Shown: piece by piece, positions 51,712 through 60,936 of the stretch
How positions within the stretch are numbered: position 1 is the first letter of the stretch
Layout of the letters: each line of letters begins with the position of its first letter
From: Syntrophales bacterium
GTDB taxonomy: Bacteria > Desulfobacterota > Syntrophia > Syntrophales > UBA2210
Direction: 5' to 3'
Length of the DNA: 64,000 nt
Assembly (NCBI GenBank): GCA_963662405.2
Contig: CAXXKT010000001.1
Span: 256,001-320,000, forward strand
Made by a program: the position numbers and the translations under genes
Notes under the pieces: generated by a model
The model's database searches: none
Seen by the model: the letters and a program-made list of their open reading frames with translations, nothing else
Told to the model about the DNA's origin: nothing

Positions 51712-54700
51712 ATGCAATTTCGTGCCAAGCAAATAGCCCCTTCAAAAGAGTGGGGAACCTTTGAGGATTTATGCCATGCCCTATTCAAATGGGTATGGCA
51801 GGATCCGCTGGCGCAGAAGAACGGCCGGAGGGGGCAAGCACAGCACGGTGTCGATATCTTCGGTTCCCAGAACGGCGACCGCCGGTTCTATTGGGGCGTC
51901 CAGTGCAAGGGCAAGGACAGCAACTACGGCAGCAAAGCCGAATGGTCGGAAGTACTGGCGGAAATTGCTAAGGCGGAACAATTCTCTCCTAAACTAAACG
52001 AGTGGATATTCGCAACAACCGCTCCTGCGGATGCCAAAATACAAAAGGCCGCTCGGGAGTTGTCTGTCGAGCGCAAGGCCAAAGGTCTATTCAGCGTCGA
52101 CGTGCTGGGCTGGGAGGAAATCCTGGCCCTGATGGCCAGCGCGCCTGAAGTGATAACCGAGTTTTATCCCGAGCACGCCGACCATCTTCCGCAGGCGATC
52201 GAGGCATTGCGTGCCCTACCTCCCCTCGAAAAAAAACTCGCGAGCCTCGTTGAGAAAATCGATGCGAAGCTGCTTGAGCCTTCGAACCCACACGGCACCG
52301 CGATTTGGGAATTGGTGACGTTTGGTGGCGACCGCGGGCTGGGTCCTGCCTTAATGGGCTATTCGCTAGGGCCGTCTGACGCTTCTGCGTGTCCGCGCTT
52401 GACCGAGGTAGACACCGTTCTGTCGCAGCTAAAAATTGCTTATTCGGCGCGCCTCATTGGCGAGCCCGGAGCTGGAAAGTCGATCTGCTCATACCAAGCC
52501 GCGAAGGATTTGGCGGCGGAGGGCTGCAAAGTGCTGCGCCTGATCGATCCTCAGGCCGACAATATCTCGTTGGAGGCGGTATTGCCCGGCGAGCGTCGCT
52601 TGTATCTCATCGACGACGCTCATCTACTAAAACCTCACGTTCTTAGTCGCATAGAGGACCAGGCTGATCCGTTTCGACTGGTCCTCTCGACGCACAATGC
52701 TATTGAGCGCGTTATCCATCGAGGCTCGATCACCCTCGACGCGAAGCGTGCTGTGAAGACGATTGCAACTGCCTTGAGAGCCGACTTGCCCAAGACCTTA
52801 GAGGCCGTGCGCCTCGCTGACAACGATGTGGGCGAGCGCATGATGAATGTCGATATAGGGGATCGCTTGGACCATGCGGAAAGTGCTGCGGATCGCCCTT
52901 GGCAGTTCTGCTTCGTACTCGGAGGCGGCTGGCGACGATCAAAACAGGCAGCGGATTCCGCCCGTGCAAATAATGCTGACCTCATCCTTGCGGCGGTTGC
53001 GATCCGGCAGCTGGCATCTCGCGACGCGCGTGCCGCTACTGGAGAAATTGTGGAAGTCTGTAAACGTGCTGGCATCGATGCTGGAATAGTCGATCAAGGA
53101 TTGAAATGGCTAGGGAAACAAAGGCTGATCGTGGGCACGGTGGATTGTCGGACTCCGCATCAGCGCTTCGCTACGGTTGTGCTCAAACGTATTTTTGAGG
53201 GGCAAGGCAAGGACGCACGCGAGAAGATCGCCACAATGATCGAGGGCGTATTGCGCGATCCGAAATTCCCGTATGCAGGTTTGCGAGTGCTGATACATGA
53301 CCTTCGCTTCGGAAGTGGTAACTACAGTTGGACACGTCTTCTCGGACAGCCCGGGGTTGAGGCAGCGGTTGCGCGTTGCTGGGCGGCCGAAGGTTCGGAT
53401 CGCGGTTTTGCGGCACTTGCCCTTTCGGACCTGTGGGATTTCGCGGAGGGTGGAGTTACTGCCGTTGTGGAACCACATGTGTCTATACTGGCGAACTGGA
53501 TTTCCAATCCCAGCGATGGAGCATACGGTTTCGGCCACATATTGAACAATCTTGCTCAGCAGGATCGGGATGTCGCCGAGAAGGTCGTCGCAGCCACCGA
53601 CCCGATAGCAATCGCGGCAGCCTATTCCAACGCCAACCCCGATACGGCATACGGCTTGGCAGATCTCTTGAGTAGCGTGGCCTATGTAAAGGTTGATGAA
53701 TTCAACGCCAAAGTTCGCGTTGCTATTGATCGGGACAAACTGCGCGCGTTCGCCAAGCACGAAGCCTTTCTTGAGGACGCCTTCATCTTCTCGAAATTCT
53801 GCGCTTCGGTTGTTTCGTTGGACGAGGATCTGGCTCTGGAAATGGCCGAACTTTTTCTTCCAACGGCGCAGCAGGTTCTATCCAAAGACCCGGTGGAAGG
53901 ATTTCATCAACTCAGCCAAGATTTTGCTTCGACCGTACTGCGCGTGTTTGACGTGTTGCATGTGTACGTCGGGAAGCTGAAACCGACTCGCCGTCAGTTG
54001 GCAATCGCGCGGCGTATGTGCGATAAAGTCGATCCCAAGCGGGTAGCAGAACACATCTCGACGGTGCGTCCCCGGCATTTTCAGTCAGCAGGCTTCTTCC
54101 TTCATTTCCTCTGCCAGACGGCACCACGGAAATACGAAGCGGCCCTTTACCAAGTTGATTGGAAAAAGCTGGATTCTGTCATTGGCGATGATTGGGAGAA
54201 TATGCCTCATGACACCGAAGTGCTATTGGCCACCCTCTATTTACGGCCACCAACACGGCACCTTGTCCAAAAATTCATCTCCGACAGGGCTGACCGGATT
54301 TTGCATTTTCCACCGCGCCTAATGCTAATGGTGCCGGAAGTCGGTGTCGCACATCTTGACAAGGGCAACTCGCTTCGACTGGCCCAACACAACCACGTAA
54401 GTTGGGACTTCGGCGGCATAGCCTTGGCTTTCGTCGCAGATGCACGCCCCGAATTGGTTGAGCAGGCTGTCGGGCCTTTTGTTGATCCGATAATGCGTGG
54501 GGTGAGGGACTATAACCGAAATTTCACCGGGCCTGCAGAAGGTTTTGTTCGCATCGTGATTGAGCATGCGCCCGCTGCTTGGCACCAAGTTTTGGCCAGA
54601 CTTGATCCCGACGTGGCTAAGAAGAATTTGACTGAATGCCTCAGAGGAGATGCGGATCATCGGCGAACGGCAGCGGCCGTCATTGAGTCCGCAATGACCT

Positions 54701-54825
54701 TAGATGGCCCTGTCGGTGACATGGCTCGCCATTTGCGGTCACGGTTCCCAAAGGCATCAACCGCGCCGACAGGCACGCTGCGTTTCATCAGGCGGCGCGG
54801 GCGCTCGAGCCAGAAGCCCAAATGA
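51712..54825 (+). CDS. N-terminal PD-(D/E/Q)xK nuclease + P-loop NTPase + helical C-terminus (STAND/Avs-like; gene cassette)
   Basis: FEDLC...GRRGQAQHGVDI...GVQCK; GEPGAGKS; YLIDDAH. Confidence 0.78.
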   Translation: MQFRAKQIAPSKEWGTFEDLCHALFKWVWQDPLAQKNGRRGQAQHGVDIFGSQNGDRRFYWGVQCKGKDSNYGSKAEWSEVLAEIAKAEQFSPKLNEWIFATTAPADAKIQKAARELSVERKAKGLFSVDVLGWEEILALMASAPEVITEFYPEHADHLPQAIEALRALPPLEKKLASLVEKIDAKLLEPSNPHGTAIWELVTFGGDRGLGPALMGYSLGPSDASACPRLTEVDTVLSQLKIAYSARLIGEPGAGKSICSYQAAKDLAAEGCKVLRLIDPQADNISLEAVLPGERRLYLIDDAHLLKPHVLSRIEDQADPFRLVLSTHNAIERVIHRGSITLDAKRAVKTIATALRADLPKTLEAVRLADNDVGERMMNVDIGDRLDHAESAADRPWQFCFVLGGGWRRSKQAADSARANNADLILAAVAIRQLASRDARAATGEIVEVCKRAGIDAGIVDQGLKWLGKQRLIVGTVDCRTPHQRFATVVLKRIFEGQGKDAREKIATMIEGVLRDPKFPYAGLRVLIHDLRFGSGNYSWTRLLGQPGVEAAVARCWAAEGSDRGFAALALSDLWDFAEGGVTAVVEPHVSILANWISNPSDGAYGFGHILNNLAQQDRDVAEKVVAATDPIAIAAAYSNANPDTAYGLADLLSSVAYVKVDEFNAKVRVAIDRDKLRAFAKHEAFLEDAFIFSKFCASVVSLDEDLALEMAELFLPTAQQVLSKDPVEGFHQLSQDFASTVLRVFDVLHVYVGKLKPTRRQLAIARRMCDKVDPKRVAEHISTVRPRHFQSAGFFLHFLCQTAPRKYEAALYQVDWKKLDSVIGDDWENMPHDTEVLLATLYLRPPTRHLVQKFISDRADRILHFPPRLMLMVPEVGVAHLDKGNSLRLAQHNHVSWDFGGIALAFVADARPELVEQAVGPFVDPIMRGVRDYNRNFTGPAEGFVRIVIEHAPAAWHQVLARLDPDVAKKNLTECLRGDADHRRTAAAVIESAMTLDGPVGDMARHLRSRFPKASTAPTGTLRFIRRRGRSSQKPK

Positions 54826-54864
54826 TAGCAAACTTCAGTATCTGAAGCAGGTATGGGAGTTGAC

Positions 54865-54949
54865 ACCCAACAAGAGAATGAAGACGGGTTTTTTCGCCTG
54901 CGCTCGTTCCTCGCTCCGGCGAAGAAACCGCTCATTCTTGACGTTAATG
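54865..54949 (+). other. Integron attC site
   Basis: ACCCAAC..agaatgaagacgggttttttcgcc...ggcgaagaaaccgctcattct..GTTAATG. tgacacccaac pairs 11/11 with the cassette start gttgggtgtca (51657). Confidence 0.9.
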
Positions 54950-56286
54950 ATTACTGAAAGCAATCAGAGCTGGTCGGGCAAATTTGGACAGGTGCATAAG
55001 TGGGAAAGTTGCTCTATAGTGTGAGTAAGGAGGAAAGAGATATGAGCAAGAGACCGCGGAGGAATCATGCACCGGCCTTCAAGGCAAAGGTGGCCTTGGA
55101 GGCCCTGAAAGGGGACCAGACGATCGTTGAGCTTGCCGAGCGGTACCAGGTACACCCGAACCAGATTACTACATGGAAAAAGCAATTGCTGGATCATGCA
55201 TCGGACGTATTTGGCAAGGGTCATAAGGACAACCAGGGTCCGGATGTAAAAGAACTTCACGCCAAGATCGGACAGTTATCGATGGAGAATGATTTTTTAT
55301 CACATGCGCTCGGTCGCATCAACGGAACGAGCGCAAAGCGATGATCAAGAGAGAAAAGAGTGTGCCCATAACCCGTCAATGCGAACTCTTGGAGCTGTCC
55401 CGATCGAGTGTTTATTACTCTCCGGTTCCGGTCAGCGCGAAGGATCTGGAGCTGATGCGTCAGATTGATGAGATTCATCTTCAGTATCTCTTCTATGGGA
55501 GTCGGAAGATTCGCAATGAGCTGTGGCAGAGAGGGTATGATATCGGACGTGATAAGGTACGTCGGTTGATGCGTCGCATGGGGATCGAGGCGTTGTACAT
55601 CAAGCCGAGATTATCGATAAAGCATCCCCAGCACCCGATATATCCGTATCTGTTACGGGGACTTGATATCATCCGTCCCAACCACGTATGGTCTGCCGAT
55701 ATCACGTATATTCCCATGGAACGAGGGTTCTGTTATCTGGTAGCCGTTATGGACTGGGCGAGTCGGATGGTCCTCTCCTGGCGGTTGTCGAATACGTTGG
55801 ACAGTGCGTTTTGTGTGGATGCGCTTGAAGAAGCACTCACCACGTATGGGCGCCCGGCTATCTTCAATACCGATCAGGGCAGTCAGTTTACCTCACAGGC
55901 ATTCATCGATGTCCTTCGCTCTCATGATATCTCTATCAGCATGGACGGTCAGGGGCGATGGATGGACAATGTCTTCATCGAACGGCTCTGGAAGAGTGTC
56001 AAGTACGAAGATATCTATCTGAAGGCATATGGTTCAATGAAAGAGTTGAAGAAAGGGCTTACCGACTATTTTCAATTCTACAACGGGAAGCGTTGGCACA
56101 ATACTTTTGACAAGAAGACACCAGCTATGGTTTATTTTGAGTCACTACCACAGGGACAGGCTGCGGCATGAACACAACCCCAGGGCAACTTCCCACTTAT
56201 AAATCCCTGTCCTCTGTCCTAATAAACCGGACCACCTCAATCTTCTACAATTTCTTCAATCATAATTTTATCTACTTCAGGAAGAA
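54943..56286 (+). repeat. Repeat B copy 2, split by IS3 (54943-54965 + 56243-56286)
   Basis: Removing the IS gives gttaatgattactgaaagcaatcttctacaatttcttcaatcataattttatctacttcaggaagaa. Confidence 0.85.
54966..56239 (+). mobile_element. IS3-family element, copy 1 (1274 bp)
   Basis: Imperfect ~26-bp IRs; 3-bp target duplication ATC; orfA 55042-55344 and orfB 55341-56171 (WSADITY, NTDQGSQF, FIERLW). Confidence 0.93.
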
Positions 56287-56570
56287 CACCACCGGAAAAG
56301 TCATAGCAGAGGTTGCTTTGCCCAGCCTATGGCAAATCTTGCACCTTACACCTTATCCTCACCATCGAGTGCGCCGAGAGGTTACCGATTATTTATTGAA
56401 GTCATAATTTTGAACTGATGCTCCTGTGTAGCAGCTTTCGCTAGGAAGTGCTCAAGAAAGATCAAAAGAATATGAATAGTTCTGATTATCGCTGTCTTTT
56501 CAAAGCGTGAGTTTCAAGAAGCCGAATATGAAAAGTTGTCTCATGCAAACATCCATCCGTGTGTGGATAC

Positions 56571-59500
56571 CTAATGGATACTGTGCCGCCGCACCGAAAA
56601 TTGTGTGTCCTTAATCAAATCTTTAGCTGCATGCTCAGGCATACCTTCATAGGATCTAAGCAGTTTCAGGTCTTCACGTGTTCCTCTGTGCATGATAGCG
56701 GTGGCAACGTATTGCAGTGCTTCTAATGAACGTCGCTGATCCAGCCACACTGCCATCGTCTTAATAATCTCAGACCACAGAACTCCCGTCTTCATGAAGT
56801 CATCGATCCAGTCATGGATCCATAATACATGACGTTTCTCAATAACCATTTCGTCAAGTTCTGCAAAAGCTTTATCTTTATCCCATTTGAATTTCAGGTA
56901 TGGCGGTTTTAGATGACTATCTAACAATTCTTGGCGGATTACGAACCACCCTCGCCTATTGCATGTCCACCATAGATCGCCGATATCGTGTGCCGACAAG
57001 AGGTGTAGGTAAGGTGCTAGCGCGTATATCTGGGCTTCACGGATAAGTCCTTGGCGGTTCCTCGTGTTAATCCCAAATCTCGAACTCAAATACTTCATGA
57101 GCTCAGTTGGTTCAGGACACTCATTGATGGCGGATTTTGCAGCTTCCATTAGGCTTGGTGTCGAGTGATAGAGCGCTGCCTGAACGAAGTCGGATACGAA
57201 GCGAAGATGCCTCCAGTGCTTCAGGAGAAGTCGCTCACCCTGACTCTCAGGAAGCTGTATAATTAACTCAGAAGTAATCCAGTCAGACGCGAAGGACTCG
57301 CCCCAAGTCCGCTTTGCCCGATCACCACGCCTGCCTAAAAACTCATCCAGAGCTTCGGTGAGTTCCGGTGACCAAAGATAGCGACCACATTGCCACCAGT
57401 AACTATGATCGTCTGTTTGCAACTTTTCGATCATCGCCGGAATCGCTTGTTGGTCTCCTCGGGTCAATCGTGCCCAGAGTATTTTATCTGCCAATTCAAC
57501 CGTGGGAGGCACAGCACGGAGCACCTCAATATCACCAGAATCTTGTGTCGCTGCCCAAAGTGAGAAAGCTTGTAGACGCAGATGCTTGTCTTTTGTTTCA
57601 TCTCGCCAAAGGTCAAGTAAAAGATTACGGGATACCTTTGACATCGGACAGCCATGTTCCTGATTACGTTGCCAGTCATCCTTCGCCGTCATAGCGAGGT
57701 GTGAAAACGATCCAGTTCCCTCCAGTCGTCGATGGGTAGTAGCGAGCGTCTCAGCTACGAACAAGACTGCTTTTGGATGGTCCATGCCATGAAGCATGTA
57801 GAAGATCGGCCATTTCAGGTCATCCTGAGATCCGCGTTGAACGAAGAAATCGATTGCAGAAAGCGGTGGCCATCGGTGGAAAGCCCAACGAAGTTCATAT
57901 TCAGCCACCGAGTCACGCGGCGACGGCAGGCCTTGATTGTCTGGCTGATTTGAAAGCGCCGCCCAGGCATTACAAACTGGTTCAAGGTGGCGTGCCGGGT
58001 CATCTCCGCAGCACTCCCCGAAGGCCCAAAGATACTCCGCGAGATGATCGCTGCGTTTATCATCTGAGGTCCAGCAAGCTTCAATAGCCAAAGCCAAACG
58101 TGGGGAGGCAATATGGCCAGCCAACCGCAAAGCGCCTATCCTAAAAGCGCTGTGCAAATCTGTTCGCCTGAGGAAACTGTCCAAAGCCTTGGTCAGGCTA
58201 CGGCCATAGTGGAGCTTTGCATGCTCAAGTTGGATATCACGCCACGGCGCCCCAGAGCCAGGTTCAAGATGGATACAGAGTTCTATCCCACCGGAGAGAT
58301 CTCCATTACGGAGCCGCGCGAGTTGGGCGCTTGTGGTTCGATCGCTAAACTTACGGACCAACGCAGGGACCTCGGGGGAGTCTGTTCCTGCCAACATAGA
58401 TAGAGCTTCCATTCTCAGATGGAGGTTGGACTGATCGTGCGTGGCAGGATTGTCTAGCCAGTCATTGATCGCTTGAAGAATGGCATGATGATGCGGTTTG
58501 CTGGCTTGGCCGAAAACGCGCAATGCATGGAAGAGCGCGAGCGGGTTCGAAGAGGCGACGCGCGGGAGGAAGTTTGGCTTGGGGTTTCCCCATACAAGGA
58601 CAGCACCCATCACCTCTGTAAAGTAGGGTTCTGCCACTACCTGTTCCGCCAAGAGATCTCGGCGGGCCAGCTCGCCTGCGGCGTCGGCAAGAAGCCAATC
58701 GCGCACGCGGTCATGCCGGAACAAAAGCTGCTGGTCGTCGGATGAATCGGAGAACCGAATCAGCTCGCCTTGATGTGCAAGACGTCCGAGCAAGCGCACA
58801 GGTTCGCCCTGCAACCCGGCCCAGTCGCTAACCTCGATCCAATTAAGTTCGATTTGCCGGTTTGAGAGCATCCCGCCCGCAAGTGCGCGAAGCACCTGAT
58901 GGTACTCTGCGGCTGGAAGGTCCCCGTACACAGCCGCAGCTCGTGAAAGAGACCCCTTTACAAATTGACTAATGATTTTTTGCGGATCAGGTGTTGTGCA
59001 TTGGTCATGGAGCGCGATGAGGAGTGGATCGTGACCAAGCGCATGAGAGATAGCCTCGGCACTCAATGAGCTCAGCTCTCGACCTTCCAGTCGAGCCCGT
59101 GCCAGAACGGCATTACGGCCTTCACTCTTGGTAAAGCCACCGGCTGTTATAATGAGTGGTTCAATGCGCTTTCGGGAATCTTCCCTCAAAGAAGAGAGAT
59201 TCTCCGGCCATAGAGGGCATACGAGCCGCCAGCGAGAGAACTCGCTATGACTATCCTTCGAAGGCGTGTGACTCCAGCTAGCGAGCTTCTCCACCAGGAA
59301 CTGCGTTTGTCCCGAACGATTGATATCTTCGACTACAAGAAGCAACGGTCGCTCGGGCGAGCAAAACGATAAAGCTGATGTAGACGGCAAAGCCAATGGC
59401 GGATGGAGTTTGCACAACGTCGTCGTAACGGCTTGATCAAGAGTTGTCGCCGAGGCGACTTCCGCATGAGATAGGATAATCCCGAATCCACCACCCTCTA

Positions 59501-60251
59501 TGTGCACCGCGAGTCTCCGATAGCAGGCTACCGACTTACCTAAGCCAGACCCCGCCACCAAGAACGTCACGTCACGATTCATGCTGGTTGTCAGTATAGC
59601 GTCGAGCGATCGTGAAACCCAGGCATTCGGATTGTCCGGTAGATTGTGGATCTCCAAGCTCTTCTTGGAAAGTTCATGGAGCAACTCGGTCGAGAGTTGT
59701 TCCTGGTCGATGCCCAAAAAAGAGCAGCGGATCCACTGTCCTGCGGGATTGTCAAGGAAATGGCTCAGCCTGGAGCTTGGCCACAGGTCAATCTCTAGTC
59801 CGCGATCATACCCCGCCGCCGCAACGGCACGAACCAGAGATTGGTCAGGTTCTTTGTTCGTCGTGAGGACCAGTGTTACACGCAAATTCGGTGTTCGTGT
59901 CCGCTCCTCCATCGCCAGCTCCGCTGTTTTGATGAGATCTCCGGCAGGCGCTGTAGACTGCGACTTCTTACGCGGCCTAACTTTGGATGGATCGTGCAGC
60001 CACTTCTTTTTCAGATCGTTTCGGGCGGTGGTCGTGTGGTGAACAGCTATCATATGTGGTGGATCGGCACCCGGCACAAAGCAGATTCCATCTAAGGGTG
60101 CCTTTACCGTCTTGCCAGCGACGTTCACACCTGTATGAGCTAACGAGTGGTAGGTCTGATTCGCTTCACGTAAGATCGCCGTCGCAAAGCGCTCAAAAAG
60201 TCCTTCATCGGTGATATTTGACAGGGCTTGTTGAGTTCTCTCTGCGCTCAT
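56571..60251 (-). CDS. Large protein: degenerate nuclease-like N-terminus, P-loop NTPase, helical repeats (STAND-like, putative defence)
   Basis: FERFATAIL...PLDG; VAGSGLGKS; LLLVVEDIN; FRHDRVRD winged-helix-like motif. Confidence 0.7.
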   Translation of the reverse strand: MSAERTQQALSNITDEGLFERFATAILREANQTYHSLAHTGVNVAGKTVKAPLDGICFVPGADPPHMIAVHHTTTARNDLKKKWLHDPSKVRPRKKSQSTAPAGDLIKTAELAMEERTRTPNLRVTLVLTTNKEPDQSLVRAVAAAGYDRGLEIDLWPSSRLSHFLDNPAGQWIRCSFLGIDQEQLSTELLHELSKKSLEIHNLPDNPNAWVSRSLDAILTTSMNRDVTFLVAGSGLGKSVACYRRLAVHIEGGGFGIILSHAEVASATTLDQAVTTTLCKLHPPLALPSTSALSFCSPERPLLLVVEDINRSGQTQFLVEKLASWSHTPSKDSHSEFSRWRLVCPLWPENLSSLREDSRKRIEPLIITAGGFTKSEGRNAVLARARLEGRELSSLSAEAISHALGHDPLLIALHDQCTTPDPQKIISQFVKGSLSRAAAVYGDLPAAEYHQVLRALAGGMLSNRQIELNWIEVSDWAGLQGEPVRLLGRLAHQGELIRFSDSSDDQQLLFRHDRVRDWLLADAAGELARRDLLAEQVVAEPYFTEVMGAVLVWGNPKPNFLPRVASSNPLALFHALRVFGQASKPHHHAILQAINDWLDNPATHDQSNLHLRMEALSMLAGTDSPEVPALVRKFSDRTTSAQLARLRNGDLSGGIELCIHLEPGSGAPWRDIQLEHAKLHYGRSLTKALDSFLRRTDLHSAFRIGALRLAGHIASPRLALAIEACWTSDDKRSDHLAEYLWAFGECCGDDPARHLEPVCNAWAALSNQPDNQGLPSPRDSVAEYELRWAFHRWPPLSAIDFFVQRGSQDDLKWPIFYMLHGMDHPKAVLFVAETLATTHRRLEGTGSFSHLAMTAKDDWQRNQEHGCPMSKVSRNLLLDLWRDETKDKHLRLQAFSLWAATQDSGDIEVLRAVPPTVELADKILWARLTRGDQQAIPAMIEKLQTDDHSYWWQCGRYLWSPELTEALDEFLGRRGDRAKRTWGESFASDWITSELIIQLPESQGERLLLKHWRHLRFVSDFVQAALYHSTPSLMEAAKSAINECPEPTELMKYLSSRFGINTRNRQGLIREAQIYALAPYLHLLSAHDIGDLWWTCNRRGWFVIRQELLDSHLKPPYLKFKWDKDKAFAELDEMVIEKRHVLWIHDWIDDFMKTGVLWSEIIKTMAVWLDQRRSLEALQYVATAIMHRGTREDLKLLRSYEGMPEHAAKDLIKDTQFSVRRHSIH

Positions 60252-60719
60252 AACGTGTTTCAAGCTTACAGGAATCCATATTTGTGGTTGAATGATATAT
60301 ACTCCGCTATTCCGTATATCATCAATTTCAGAACGACACAAAAATTTCTTGGTTCAGGGAACAGTCAGATACTTCACTGCATGTTTCTACCCTTATTCAA
60401 TAATCTGGCCAGAAACCCGACCTATACCTTTGTATTTGAAGTCTTTCATACCTTCGATTATGCGAGTTCCAAGGAGTACAGGAAGGAGCAGATAATCTAC
60501 ATGAACCTAGAATGTGCAGCCCGAGTTGTGCATCTTTCAACCCGCATTCGATAAGGTTGGCTGACGAATTGTGGTGCTGACTTGTATTTGTAGTCAATAA
60601 ATGTGGGAAATGGATTCGCGGCTTGGCTTGCAATCCGTACTGTTCAGGCAGGATAAAGGAAAATGCCAGAGTGTCGGTTATTGACGCCACCTACTAACAA
60701 GCAAAATTCTCTCACAATT

Positions 60720-60898
60720 AAAACGATGATTACCGATTGAAAGCCTCACGGTAAAATCTCTTGACAATACATAATCATAGAGTTAACTAAATAGCGGTTT
60801 TGATCTTGATTTTTTCTGTTTGTAAACGGCTGTAACCTAGAGGGGATTATGGTCTTATCACCAAAGCCCTGTTTCTCACAAAGAGAGATGGGGCTTTT
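60720..60898 (+). repeat. Repeat A copy 3
   Basis: TTGACA at 60761-60766; terminator aaagccc...ggggctttt; upstream CACCTACTAACAA (60688) also present at 43458-43446. Confidence 0.9.
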
Positions 60899-60936
60899 GT
60901 ATCTTGTGGCAAACCGGAAAGAAAGAGATTTTCACA

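Noticed and set aside
56300..56570. attC after the minus-strand STAND-like gene
   Set aside because: No RYYYAAC...GTTRRRY hairpin could be built
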